Shown: one piece after another, positions 14,601 to 21,154 of the stretch
How the letters are laid out: each line of letters starts with the position of its first letter
Position numbering within the stretch: the first letter of the stretch is position 1
Virus record (IMG/VR): IMGVR_UViG_3300037400_001617
Strand: one strand, 5' to 3'
From: a virus
Taxonomy: Duplodnaviria > Caudoviricetes
Length of the DNA stretch: 64,000 bases
Translations under genes and position numbers: made by a program
Notes under the pieces: generated by a model
The model's input: only the letters and a program-made list of their open reading frames with translations
The model's database searches: none
Told to the model about the DNA's origin: nothing

Positions 14601-15980
14601 GTCCCCTCCAATACCCTGTTTCATATAAGAGAAGAAATCTCCCATAGCAGACATAGCCTTGTTCTTCTCATTCTTGAGAATCTCGTTATACTTGGCTCTC
14701 TTAGTAGTCCACTTACCGCTATTATAGTCGTAGATCTCCTCATCTTCTCCTGTCAATGCAGAAGCGATTTTAGCGAGGTGATGCGGCATAACTTCTGTGA
14801 TGGCTTTCTTAGTAATACCGTCAAATGGAACTGGGCCTTTTGTGTACTTGGAAGTATCGAAGTTGCCTTCTCTATCCATCTTCATACCGAAGATGGATCC
14901 CATAAGCTTATTCATTCCAGTACCATTGAGCTTCATATTGTTTAACTGACCAAAGAGAGTATAAGCAAGACCTCCAAGAACTTCGTTCAGGTTATTAGCT
15001 GAAGCTTTGAAGTTCTTATTGATATTCTTCTTAAGAAATCCCTGAGTGAGATCTCTCATTGGGTTAGCGAACATGAGAGCGAGGGTATTACCTTCGCCGA
15101 TTTTAAACGAATCCATAGAAAGACCAGTAGCTTCAGTGATAGTATCACTGATGTTCTTCTTGATAGCATTCTTATAATCCTTGAGGTTAAGCATACCATT
15201 AGCATTGACTACACTAGTGGCGGTAACTTTGTTCCCCTTCTTTTGTGTCTGACGCTGGTCTTCATACAGATTTCTCTGCATCTTGAGAAGTTCATCGAGC
15301 TGAGCTACTATGGTATTAGTATTCTTCTCGATCTTCTCATAGAACTTAGCAGTCTTTTCCCAAGTCTTCTGCTGATTCTTGATATTAGTATTAGCCGAGT
15401 CTGTAAGCAGTCTAGTGATTCTTTCGAATCCATTATTGACTGATCCCATGAGCTTCTCGTTCTGCATAAAGAGAAGAGTAGTGTTCTCTCTAGATGAATC
15501 TATCTGAGCTTTGCCAACTGTGACAATAGCATCAGTAGTCATCATAGTATTGAGCTTAGAATTCTTCTTGATAGCTGTAGCAATGATCTTGTCACCATCG
15601 CTTACATCCATTCCTTCTTTATCCCAGTCGAACTCGGCTCCATCCATATCCCAGTCGTCGCCGATACCAAGACCGCCAAACTTCTCAGTGAGTCTGGTTT
15701 CACGATCCTTAGCATACCAGTCGCCTGTTTTGATATCTTCTATGAGCGAGTTTACACCTACAGAAGCAGCTACATAAACATCGCTTTTCTGAAATCTATC
15801 CTTAACACGTTTAAACGTAGTACGATAGTCTCGTACCGAGTTGTATGCGCCCTTTAAGGATTCCTTATTCTCTTCAACGAATGATTTAGGGTTGGTAAAC
15901 ATCTCACCTGCTACATCAGCAGCAGAATAGATGACTGACTTACCAACGTTCTTAGCATATTGAGCTACCTTATTAAGCAT
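2613..15980 (-). CDS. tape measure protein with C-terminal C39-like peptidase, phage-tail lysozyme and M23 peptidase domains
   Basis: 4455 aa, helical and K/E/G-rich, with Gly-zipper hydrophobic repeats (~11200-11800). Domains: YQ...SGCGPAAAA...HYVV...IVED (C39-like, ~5170-5650); SPAAACGAIGNWEQECG...GIMQWT...AANFERVFE (lysozyme, ~4430-4920); HNGTD...H...GHTGSSTGRHLHF (M23, ~3330-3750). Confidence 0.85.
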   Translation of the reverse strand: MLNKVAQYAKNVGKSVIYSAADVAGEMFTNPKSFVEENKESLKGAYNSVRDYRTTFKRVKDRFQKSDVYVAASVGVNSLIEDIKTGDWYAKDRETRLTEKFGGLGIGDDWDMDGAEFDWDKEGMDVSDGDKIIATAIKKNSKLNTMMTTDAIVTVGKAQIDSSRENTTLLFMQNEKLMGSVNNGFERITRLLTDSANTNIKNQQKTWEKTAKFYEKIEKNTNTIVAQLDELLKMQRNLYEDQRQTQKKGNKVTATSVVNANGMLNLKDYKNAIKKNISDTITEATGLSMDSFKIGEGNTLALMFANPMRDLTQGFLKKNINKNFKASANNLNEVLGGLAYTLFGQLNNMKLNGTGMNKLMGSIFGMKMDREGNFDTSKYTKGPVPFDGITKKAITEVMPHHLAKIASALTGEDEEIYDYNSGKWTTKRAKYNEILKNEKNKAMSAMGDFFSYMKQGIGGDFNKIMKNKQDADKFIKGLTAFANAFYENPDFNMLRNPREYGIDENIAQFIQKSFQETKYKYRYTKKRDWRYGNGTAERDREQQRVAGLDWSNGSPILTNRDDVTVVLANTIKSVFESRKRNADKRNDTGNNPLALELLFASEGIDINKNSGEWLERFKNKYGDYDQKSIMNSPTAKAIAMTTDQYGYTIFDYLKNIKLDLAGIRNNGLFSILLGGGDPNDASTSSDPMTFETKEKFDWKRLEHRYSKQKANDEKAFERRYQEELAKWEQNEKYRKAGDKRYNRKLRRPNRVDLDADNVRSQFGSVLNDITEEFKRDEAERQKQEKANEKDMFDVLEEWGLITSDEKRNARSVKYDKEKDIKEQMKAAQGGKAKLLLARAYMKSLADKPWQYATDAMVSTEALIHDIFFKHAFKMKNKDGETVEEEGLFGMLQQKFTDGFNELTNRIGTTLEKFFTDENGWWQRNVVKKLLAPDSFLGQLKEAILGKADGEGFRTGGILGGLWDRTRSNAHDVIEMARRDLRDLTGRNRDRDDEEGSSDSSGSSDSSSSEWYNNKDKKKAIRQIVKSSFNPSLIPVKYTTQKITGFGTEYIKWAASVNMSYNDAARQESVIHYFTNERTDRLPITDFNRVKNRFRRKTNTIKVDDEQRSKIMNLKNQYRGSKDDRFLDKCRNALTLKGADDAEADKYVQFIMSHNINYKQMKADVGGDGQEVFDKYADRYMHGETEAQKKERQLQRLRIRRNNNFDTVIDSSFLNPTINSESQPSPEVTEQERAKEEREKKISETLSKVIGPTLEKITGPLKKIAEALGNPIGDNRDEEEQILDNLNLSGAAYGGVAKSNMTSILSPGEIVMGRGGSGVVPKMGVYGLSKGDVVINPASPSTASRQYTAERKYRNKLMANATASEGTDTDEKSIRQSILDFFNNGEKVDVATDYLAKAGIGGVAGALLGVPLLGAGLGIATGLSKRSNGFANALFGNLGENGERDDTGLISTELQKAFPSMRKGALLGGALSLVTPLGPLAGILLGGAAGIAEHEGMFDGLIFGEDSLLGDKEKFKQKLPKIGLGALAGAVFSPIGILPGALLGSAAGMVTSTDKFKEFIFGKEVNGKKQGGVVGTIKKAINPLTNFGRDLIESTMSAIFGEKVQDENGKEKREGGLIGEVKDWVIKPFKEGAESIAQSFKNVAQDIKDTFAEKIGKHFENVFGENLAARITDFLRNPLKKLIGGAVKVGGTIALSPFIAGAHMVKSVGNRLERGRIRRGTAYNKSAEERLQYRDQHKFGFGFDAMMRGRGFKNKESIEFDTNIADVARDRTSTQIGDIEAQLAALTTGDPYRDRYNQAKNDFSNSLLEYMNTADAGRLTKMLRYPAPDFKAAQSFIKSKAKGKDGRTLLDKSDQEAILKLLDQFKKDTQRIMQQQQVFKNTSKEQMLENLKKAGISEKFLKNKKGLEKLRKNFHTEYKAKYHQEAEDGIATPQGKIENNVAVISDQIADLPDKIGKAIWDAYYQYKDTNDQFNSEKAKRDQAFNKAKADYAAARGYADVSMLSDYEIDTIKSQVGYTDDKDLMERIRRDRAKVTSGLAEASGLKGEVRERYSRIKAENPGITAEEARLRALAEMESEHDLRNSSAGGNADADDFGGTRRRNNFLLRRGIGVAKLGARTLGLAGSVASHVPIVGSLFNRLGTGANDLANWLGENQDYSASNKDKQDDVDKEGKILTITDDAYITKRHSTLEKVIKTMYDTFKRKYKDRNGGVKYKGVVYPFTIDGFRDYIKVAFPDFEDKKYRKELSDMQRKRKKDYSGLIDRILNIKSIKSLLDTAETFFNNNTNTIHTNAFVSDGFHPIRSIKNFFSGNKNSEKGSKDAQDNEKNSVFSKMLAELKEIKGNTKESLKDKVGNIKEKGKSLIQRLISGAVKVAIFAPLLTGIYKQFIKPWAKEHLVPFFKDKLGPIFLGKKNSYTDEDGNPVEKWEGGIFSGLANMISPALAKVKNFFKGVKDWIFNKGEYSAPDKGSSGFLHSFVDLWKIGADAIMTKLPVILKSFGGDLSNLIGKAVETVAENAIPLMGTIAKGVAKGAANVIKGDTETKPGAYKDDTRAIMNMATEYNNSNTNLDNQSKALLANAKSVHSVTNPFTGQKTLFAISQQGEINSLNSVSVSPIGSDLAKMAGSYSSTQDSDIPKPKTDVKEKDLTGAKKTDLSGVEILHNKGNTKAYSKDDYGNIYDRKDIVEFAHKDINLKDNASWQGAHEEGNMIDAVAADESNAQRQSRGNRFLSTFIKDALIQNSSYRGLHGSAARLIGGALQKSGRFTRKTFGKIPGLTGKFSKLTGRVVETEGKAVGKATNKAGKWGAKMGWKNRLINRLAAKIEDKGLDEVLSMNVKDIFRKNAKEVAEEGIEQTTKGAITKMEKEVAEKAAKEVAGETVEKVTKEGGEKVLKEMAEEATEKGTKKAITEGAEKGVLSKLTGLIKKAFKKFFGEGSMFKELADNIAAKFGKKITSKGVEEGIEEGAEKAAKEVAERCAKKSVTIAGKIVGAVVEVAIMLIDYSKGKTQAADILQVTPDEIDSVDRQLAGLAKVLSGLVMVLSPSQCVMACIHLFESIAKCGLEDEYIRRQEEANEFIKAYNEEHGTDMSLEEYNYSREKNKLDRVLWSYADKAGNGLINSITSIPGRAKTQLTNIKNGDFKKAFTQAIDWTKSDTKAIGNWIKDSATDVWNTDAVKSVRKKAKDAGDWIVDKGSKIGKGVKKHAKKAWNTVTGWFNARADQNMYRIPAEILDRIGVDIDPEDVMEYIKRAPRRGLERIKSAPSRMMDRFKGMVGTAKGLLTGETSISDVTGTIQGSIKNGLNSAFGKVSNIGKAFRSLISKNAATDKKINDGVLTPLDSKFWEVRGDTNAGIADSMFSLKELMERVIKAPFAIVSNTMRNVTNSMSNDKGDIKTTKVSSSSTGKDTKSDTSFTAKLSSSIKSGISKIKSIFGMGNDDSYGNGTYDPDHIYQRNYNAAYSTKGDSTKQTLADSGCGPAAAATVARRFGIKDANITEAGRYAMNNNYKEVNGGTYPAFFTDYLAKKGIPANVTSSNKSVMKSLLSGNPVVLMGNDSSNSGSTPYGSQSHYVVATGIDRNGKLIVEDSESRTSGDRYDLASTLANSSVKITTGMGKETLLSKFISNTANAILVPYGKILRNILSTSSTKKGSTSGSVGGNPGDASKMKGKSLTLTDDVGNTHTISITDDEVELYAMLTGDCGLSPAAACGAIGNWEQECGINSIRNIATKGVIYYGGGIMQWTPGSKHENWARDNGFAGDVWSWEANLEHAKYEIMNGGNWSNPANASPSFASQGLTPVGSFEEFKKLSDPESAAANFERVFEVSGDWNGRNSEGVSYSENMIYDRLRRLNAKILYELIVNGKSDSDSTGKGKSKANRILSRFGKGTDGYDYESYYRDSARAYKQRLYEMNELKHHRGAFANTTGPAYDAAYKRIKDDLDKAEIQYKMAESFRANKNVGKSDAEAFEVVYGAHINKGNRFPDKYGTVIQDKRTAKEIAKEIKEDESSDSKTSSSTSSSSSAASSGSKSLLSIISNDIITASKKLFGPLYDALFGDTASEEDGASMSSGVPGDVNTNFNGEIVAPFRGTFRCSCRFGWYNDGVHPNGHNGTDLLASGDSDEAWTVYSLCDGVVTHVTSGYAPNTGCLGSSDGGGAGNYVEITGTDGYIYQFMHLNAIHQDIKENAQVYIGSPIGIGGHTGSSTGRHLHFGIKKSDGTFINPEVYIMGFPNDDIVEYQEYESHLFTGQGRKAPKISMSEFKFGTARSKAPERVSQSRRAELAMRMRSANKKIYNTLGAEQQSQRRKLIKVRSEDNRRNPQLIQTGIYADAVHNTARRNIVPQTNIKINGSDAVVTPVNSGMGRGGISESSSTINLELTSVVDILKTIADNSARNEQIVQLLAAIVANTAAKNGDTTTADLLKLITAAGGNSNTSAPITALNSILNNSTGKDISSAVYQIAKN

Positions 15981-16060
15981 AAGGCTCTCCTCCTTTCTAT
16001 TAGATTACTAAGATGTTCCTCCCTCCAAATTGGTACGATTGTATACTATTAGAGGGCAAT

Positions 16061-16116
16061 CAACCATTAAATAATCAAGTAATCGTACGTATTTGGGGCG
16101 ATTACGAACAAGGAGG
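16061..16116 (+). promoter_or_regulatory. conserved polymerase leader, copy 1 (promoter + hairpin + SD)
   Basis: CAACCATTAAATAATCAA-GTAATCGT-ACGTATTTGGG-GCGATTAC-GAACA-AGGAGG; near-identical to 43547-43603. Confidence 0.85.
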
Positions 16117-16122
16117 AAAACT

Positions 16123-18279
16123 ATGATACCAATATCAGACAGAGGTCTTACAATCTATAAGACCGAAATGAAAGAAGCGTTGAGACTGTCTTTCCCAAGA
16201 CTGTTCGATACGGACATTGACGCAGCTATAGACTATTCTATAGCAAAAAGATTTTCAGACACTCCAGTAAAACTGGATAACAACTACACACACAACACCC
16301 AAAACACAACACTTTACAACGTGTTGAATTATATCATAGAACGAGAACCGATAGTAACTGTATCTGGTGTTCTCTTCAAGAAGCATGGCACTTGCCCTAA
16401 CCCATACGTAGATCTCATTCAGGAATTCCTGACTAAGAGAGCTGAGTATAAGGGAATGATGCTTAAGTATCCTAAGGGATCAGAGATGTATGAGAAGTAC
16501 AATCTTCTTCAGCTTTCAGAGAAGGTATCTGCAAATGCTATCTATGGAGCTAGTGGTAATCATACATCTATCTTCTACAACGTTAACGTTGCATCATCTA
16601 TCACAATGCAGGGTCAGAACTGTATTGCTACAGCACTTCTGTTGTTTGAAGCTACACTCAACAATAACGTTAAGTTCGGCTCACTCAATGAGATTATACA
16701 GTTCATCAATAACGTTCGTCGTGAGAGACCTACTCGTAAGTATAATGACTACGATGTCATTGATATGCCAGTATCGGCATACGATGTATTCTGTCAGCTT
16801 ATCTGTACATGTGGTTTCTACTACAGACCTTCAGAGAAGGATCTGATGATTGTATGGGATATCATCAATCAGCTTGACCAGGAAGACCTTAATCGTATCT
16901 TCTTTAAGAATAACCTCTTCTACTTCTTCGACAATAAGTATGTTATGGATAAGGTCGTATACTTCCTTAGTCTGCTTCCGATACACTTCATGGATCCGAA
17001 CAAGACTCCTAATGCTAAGGACATCTATGATGCTCTTAAGGATACTGATAACCCGATGACAGAGGAAGAAGCTAGTCATCTTGCAGATCAGATCAAAGCG
17101 GCTCTTGATGAAGTATATGAACTCGTTAAGGAGTATGTATACTATGGTCATCAGTACATGGATCGTCTCGACAGAGCAGAGAACATGGTTCGTTCTGTAT
17201 CTATTCTTACCGATACCGACTCTTGTTTCATCAGCTTTGACGGATGGTATCGTTATCTTCTTGATAAGACTTACTCTATCCCGATGAGGATTAAGGAGAT
17301 CGAGCAGGACAATGAGGGTAAGGTATGGAGAGCAGACGTTCATTCTTATGACTATGACTTCTTTAAAGATGAAGTTATTGATCTTCAGCAGACTCTTAAT
17401 GATGATAACGCTGTAGGACCTACAGCAGGATATCGTTGTTCACTTATCAACGTACTTGCTCATATCATGGGTCGTCTGTCGATTGACTATATGACAAGAT
17501 ACTCTACAAACTCTAATGCTATCAAGACTGCTGACGGTAAGATACGTAAGTCATTCTTCATTCTCAAGAACGAGTTCCAGCTTAAGCAGGCACTGGTTAC
17601 AATGGTAAAGAAGAACTACTGTTGTTATCAGGAGCGTCAGGAGAATGCATTCATTCCTCTTGAAGAAGCTCTTGATGTTAAGGGTATGCCTATCCGTAAG
17701 GTTGGAATACCTGAGAAGACTGCGAGAAGAATTGAAGAAATCCTATGGTACTTCGTTCTCAATGCAGAACAGATCTCGCAGATAGATATCATCAAACAAT
17801 TGGCTGCACTTGAGAAGATGATATACGAATCTCTCATGGCAGGTGATAAGAGTTACTTCAAGCCTCAGCGTATCAAAGCATCGTCTGGTTATGCAGATCC
17901 TATGGGTCAGTATACTATCAAAGCCGCTGTAGCATACAATCTCCTTAGGAGAGATAACGAACCAATCATCGACCTTACTACACGTAACACTGTTCTGATC
18001 ATCAAGACAGATATGACTGAGAAGAATATCGATCAGATCAAGGATACTTTCCCTGATGTGTATGAGAGAGCGGTAAAGATGCTCGCTACAAAGGACTTCA
18101 AGGGCGAGTGTGGTAATATAGCTATACTTTCCGAAGAAGAAGTACCAGAGTGGGTTAAACCATTCATCAACTATACTCAGGTTATCAATGACAATATAGC
18201 TACGTTCCCAGTAGAAGCTCTCGGCATTGACAGAAGAGAGAAGAAGAGTGTAAACTTCACTAACATTGTATCTCTGTAA
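16123..18279 (+). CDS. family B DNA polymerase, C-terminal subunit (motifs B and C)
   Basis: QLSEKVSANAIYG (motif B), SITMQGQ, LTDTDS (motif C), KKNY, VKGM. No exonuclease motifs or motif A. Start moved to ATG 16123 after AGGAGG. Confidence 0.85.
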   Translation: MIPISDRGLTIYKTEMKEALRLSFPRLFDTDIDAAIDYSIAKRFSDTPVKLDNNYTHNTQNTTLYNVLNYIIEREPIVTVSGVLFKKHGTCPNPYVDLIQEFLTKRAEYKGMMLKYPKGSEMYEKYNLLQLSEKVSANAIYGASGNHTSIFYNVNVASSITMQGQNCIATALLLFEATLNNNVKFGSLNEIIQFINNVRRERPTRKYNDYDVIDMPVSAYDVFCQLICTCGFYYRPSEKDLMIVWDIINQLDQEDLNRIFFKNNLFYFFDNKYVMDKVVYFLSLLPIHFMDPNKTPNAKDIYDALKDTDNPMTEEEASHLADQIKAALDEVYELVKEYVYYGHQYMDRLDRAENMVRSVSILTDTDSCFISFDGWYRYLLDKTYSIPMRIKEIEQDNEGKVWRADVHSYDYDFFKDEVIDLQQTLNDDNAVGPTAGYRCSLINVLAHIMGRLSIDYMTRYSTNSNAIKTADGKIRKSFFILKNEFQLKQALVTMVKKNYCCYQERQENAFIPLEEALDVKGMPIRKVGIPEKTARRIEEILWYFVLNAEQISQIDIIKQLAALEKMIYESLMAGDKSYFKPQRIKASSGYADPMGQYTIKAAVAYNLLRRDNEPIIDLTTRNTVLIIKTDMTEKNIDQIKDTFPDVYERAVKMLATKDFKGECGNIAILSEEEVPEWVKPFINYTQVINDNIATFPVEALGIDRREKKSVNFTNIVSL

Positions 18280-18284
18280 GGCTG

Positions 18285-18319
18285 TGGGTAGGGGTTTCCC
18301 TACCCATTTCCTTCTTTTT
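18285..18319 (+). terminator. terminator after the polymerase C-subunit gene
   Basis: TGGGTAGGG-GTTT-CCCTACCCA followed by TTTCCTTCTTTTT. Confidence 0.7.
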
Positions 18320-18399
18320 AGTCGTTCGGATAGAACTATTATATAATCAGTAGTGGCAATTACACCACTCAGATATACTAAACAAGGAGGAATCCAACT

Positions 18400-18846
18400 A
18401 TGGGAATATATTCACAGTCAACTGGAGTAAGTCCTGAACTCGAATCAATAGACGTTAATATGGACGAACTCATGGAGGCTTTCTTCTATGACGACTTCGC
18501 TAACTGTAGCGATGAGGAAAAGAAAGCACTCTTCGAATCAGCAGAGATCGCTCTTCTTGAAAAGAAGAACATCACTAACCGTAAGACTATGGTTAGACTT
18601 AACAAGAACGACGACATCAGCAGACGTACAACTATGGCTGCTCTTCAGCTTGCTAAGGATAACAACGATCCTCTCTGGAAGTCTCTCAAGATCAACCGTA
18701 TCAAAGAGCGTAAGCTTCTCAATGCTATCGAGAAGAAGTACAACTCAAGAGCTCAGAAGGTTGCGAGAATCGGCCAGAAGGAGTATCTCAAGAATGTCAA
18801 CAAGCCTAAGATGCTTAAGACATCTGATATCTCACACAGAGACTAA
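18400..18846 (+). CDS. hypothetical protein, possibly a virion head protein
   Basis: 148 aa with AGGAGG RBS, late-type promoter at 18334-18346 and a downstream hairpin. Acidic N-terminus with LES/FES motifs, basic C-terminus. Confidence 0.55.
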   Translation: MGIYSQSTGVSPELESIDVNMDELMEAFFYDDFANCSDEEKKALFESAEIALLEKKNITNRKTMVRLNKNDDISRRTTMAALQLAKDNNDPLWKSLKINRIKERKLLNAIEKKYNSRAQKVARIGQKEYLKNVNKPKMLKTSDISHRD

Positions 18847-18852
18847 CATCGT

Positions 18853-18875
18853 GAGGGTAGGCATTGCCTACCCTC
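18853..18875. terminator. hairpin GAGGGTAGGC-ATT-GCCTACCCTC (identical copy at 26997-27019)
   Basis: Perfect 10-bp stem just after a stop codon. Confidence 0.65.
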
Positions 18876-18892
18876 TCAATTATGTCTTTCGT

Positions 18893-18903
18893 TGTATATT
18901 ATA
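18893..18903 (+). promoter_or_regulatory. putative early (virion RNAP) promoter TGTATATTATA
   Basis: Same motif at 22721-22731 (+), 53610-53620 (+) and 42324-42334 (-); variant TTGTATACTATT at 16039-16050 and 34196-34207. Resembles the phiKZ early motif TATATTAC. Confidence 0.6.
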
Positions 18904-18962
18904 TTGGCGTCAGTAGAGGTTTACCTCTACTGAAACTATCCAATACTAAGGAGGTAAAATAT

Positions 18963-21107
18963 ATGACACGAACCGATTTATATGGAGTATGGTCATGCCT
19001 ACTCGAAAGTGAAACAAACGTTGAGATCGTAGCCGAAGATCTCGACAATGCTAAACTTAACGACTACAGAATAGGTTTGCAGAATCTGATTACAGATAAT
19101 GTCGAACAGCCGTTAATGCAGACCAAAGTAACAGTCGTATTCAGAGACTATAAGAAGAGTGTGAGACTCACACTCCCAGATCTTATGGTAAATTTATGTA
19201 TGTGGGGATTTGTCGTTGAAGCAGGACACACCCTTAAGCCTTGGCATCTGTTCTTCTGTAAGAAGGGAATCGATAAGAAGGCTATAGCGAACTACATCAA
19301 CAAGTACGCCATCATACCTAACAGAGATACGATGGAACCTAAGAGACTTAATGAGATGATCTATACAAATCATAAGACTCTTAAGTTTGCTGAGAAGTTT
19401 GCTCTGTACTACAACAACTCAATCAATCATGAGGATTTCATTCTCATGGCAAACGCTTGTCCTGAGTTTGATGAGCTTATGCATAAGGACTATTCAAACC
19501 TTCCTGCTGATCAGATGAACGCCGAGGCAATGAAGGATTGTAATAGAATCATCGAGCTTATCCTTGAGAGCAAGAAGTGGATTGGAAGGGACCATTGTCT
19601 TGCAGACGCATTCAGAGCTAAGGTCGGTGTAAAGCCAAAGCAGTTTAGAGAGATGATCTCTAATATAGGCATAAAGCCTAATGGTGAGGGAGGAATCTTC
19701 CCCCACTCCATAGACGCTTCTTACATGAGAGGTGGTCTTAACCGTTTTGAATGGATGGTTGCTGAAGCAGGTATTGGACGTCAGGCTCAGATCTTATCCA
19801 AGCAGAACACAGCAGACTCAGGTGCTTTCGCCAGAGTACTTGGTCTGAATCAGATCGATACATGCCTCTATACAGATGAGTTCGGTAATGTTGATCCTAA
19901 CTATGATTGTCATACTAGAAACTTTGTTGAGGTGACACTCACTGAGGAGAACATCGAGATGTATCAAGACAGATACTTCAGATTCCATCCAGATGGAATG
20001 GAGTATAATACTGGATGCTTAGATACCCTTAGACACGATCTTGTTGGTCAGACAATCTATTTAAGATCTCCTATTACTTGTGCAAGTGCTGCTCGAGGAA
20101 AGGGTATCTGTAAGAGATGCTACGGTAATCTCTTCATGGGCAATAAAATCGTAAACATCGGAAAGATTGCAGCCGAGCTGATATCACAAACCCTCACTCA
20201 GCTTATGTTATCAGCTAAGCATCTTCTTGAGGCTAAGATTAGTAAGATTGAATGGAGCATTCCTCAGGAGCAGTTCGATCAGTTCTTCTCATTCGATGAT
20301 GAGGATATCTATATCAACTCAGAGTTCATGGGAGGTAAGAAGTGGTTACTCCATATCGACAGAGACAATGTAGATACTGAAACAGTTGTGTCTATGAGCG
20401 ATAGCGATAGTGAAGGAGACGACTTCGATATTCTCAGAGACTACATCACTCAGTTCGATATCATCACTCCAGATGGAGAAGTTATAGAGGTACATGGTAC
20501 AAATAATGAGTGTCTGTATCTTCAGGATGAGCTTTGCAAGCTTATCAACACTAAGCAGTACGAGGATGAAACTGACATCTTCATTCCTATCACAGATCTT
20601 CAGCAGTCCAGAATACCTATTTTTGGAGTGGGTATTTATAATGATGATCTTGGTAAGAATCTGAAGGAAGTTATGTCTATTATCAATCTCAAGACAAAGA
20701 CATGTAACTATACACGCCATGAGATTCTTAGAGACTTCATCAACAAACTCATAGATTGTGGTATGGGCGGTATCCGTTCTGTCCATGCAGAGATCATAAT
20801 CATGAATCAGATCAGAGATGTCGATGATGTACTTCTCAAACCTGATTGGGACTATCCAGATCAGAAGTATAGAATACTCACTCTTCGTCAGGCTTTAGAG
20901 TACAACCCGAGCATTCAGGTTACAATGCAGTATGAGAATCTTGCTCGTACTCTGTATAAGCCGATATCTTTCAGAAAGACAGCTCCAAGTAAACTTGATA
21001 TGTTTGCACATGTTCAGCCTCAGGTTTACATGGCAGAGGATGTAGAAAGCGAAGTTGTTACTAAGCCTCTCTTTGAAGTTATTGATAAGAGAGAAGATAA
21101 AAAATGA
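18963..21107 (+). CDS. phage multisubunit RNA polymerase beta' subunit, C-terminal part (probably non-virion RNAP)
   Basis: KQNTADSG, RSPITC...GICKRCYG (Zn site), IGKIAA...TQLMLSAKH (trigger-loop region) and HAEIII match RpoC C-terminal regions. No NADFDGD. Start at ATG 18963 after AAGGAGGT. Confidence 0.85.
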   Translation: MTRTDLYGVWSCLLESETNVEIVAEDLDNAKLNDYRIGLQNLITDNVEQPLMQTKVTVVFRDYKKSVRLTLPDLMVNLCMWGFVVEAGHTLKPWHLFFCKKGIDKKAIANYINKYAIIPNRDTMEPKRLNEMIYTNHKTLKFAEKFALYYNNSINHEDFILMANACPEFDELMHKDYSNLPADQMNAEAMKDCNRIIELILESKKWIGRDHCLADAFRAKVGVKPKQFREMISNIGIKPNGEGGIFPHSIDASYMRGGLNRFEWMVAEAGIGRQAQILSKQNTADSGAFARVLGLNQIDTCLYTDEFGNVDPNYDCHTRNFVEVTLTEENIEMYQDRYFRFHPDGMEYNTGCLDTLRHDLVGQTIYLRSPITCASAARGKGICKRCYGNLFMGNKIVNIGKIAAELISQTLTQLMLSAKHLLEAKISKIEWSIPQEQFDQFFSFDDEDIYINSEFMGGKKWLLHIDRDNVDTETVVSMSDSDSEGDDFDILRDYITQFDIITPDGEVIEVHGTNNECLYLQDELCKLINTKQYEDETDIFIPITDLQQSRIPIFGVGIYNDDLGKNLKEVMSIINLKTKTCNYTRHEILRDFINKLIDCGMGGIRSVHAEIIIMNQIRDVDDVLLKPDWDYPDQKYRILTLRQALEYNPSIQVTMQYENLARTLYKPISFRKTAPSKLDMFAHVQPQVYMAEDVESEVVTKPLFEVIDKREDKK

Positions 21108-21154
21108 TAGTGGGGAGGAATCTCCTCCCCATTCTTTAGGGAGGAGGACAACCA

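Noticed and set aside
3413-15777. Many 60-240 aa ORFs antisense to or out of frame within the tape measure and other long genes
   Set aside because: Shadow ORFs caused by codon bias; no RBS, promoter or motifs.
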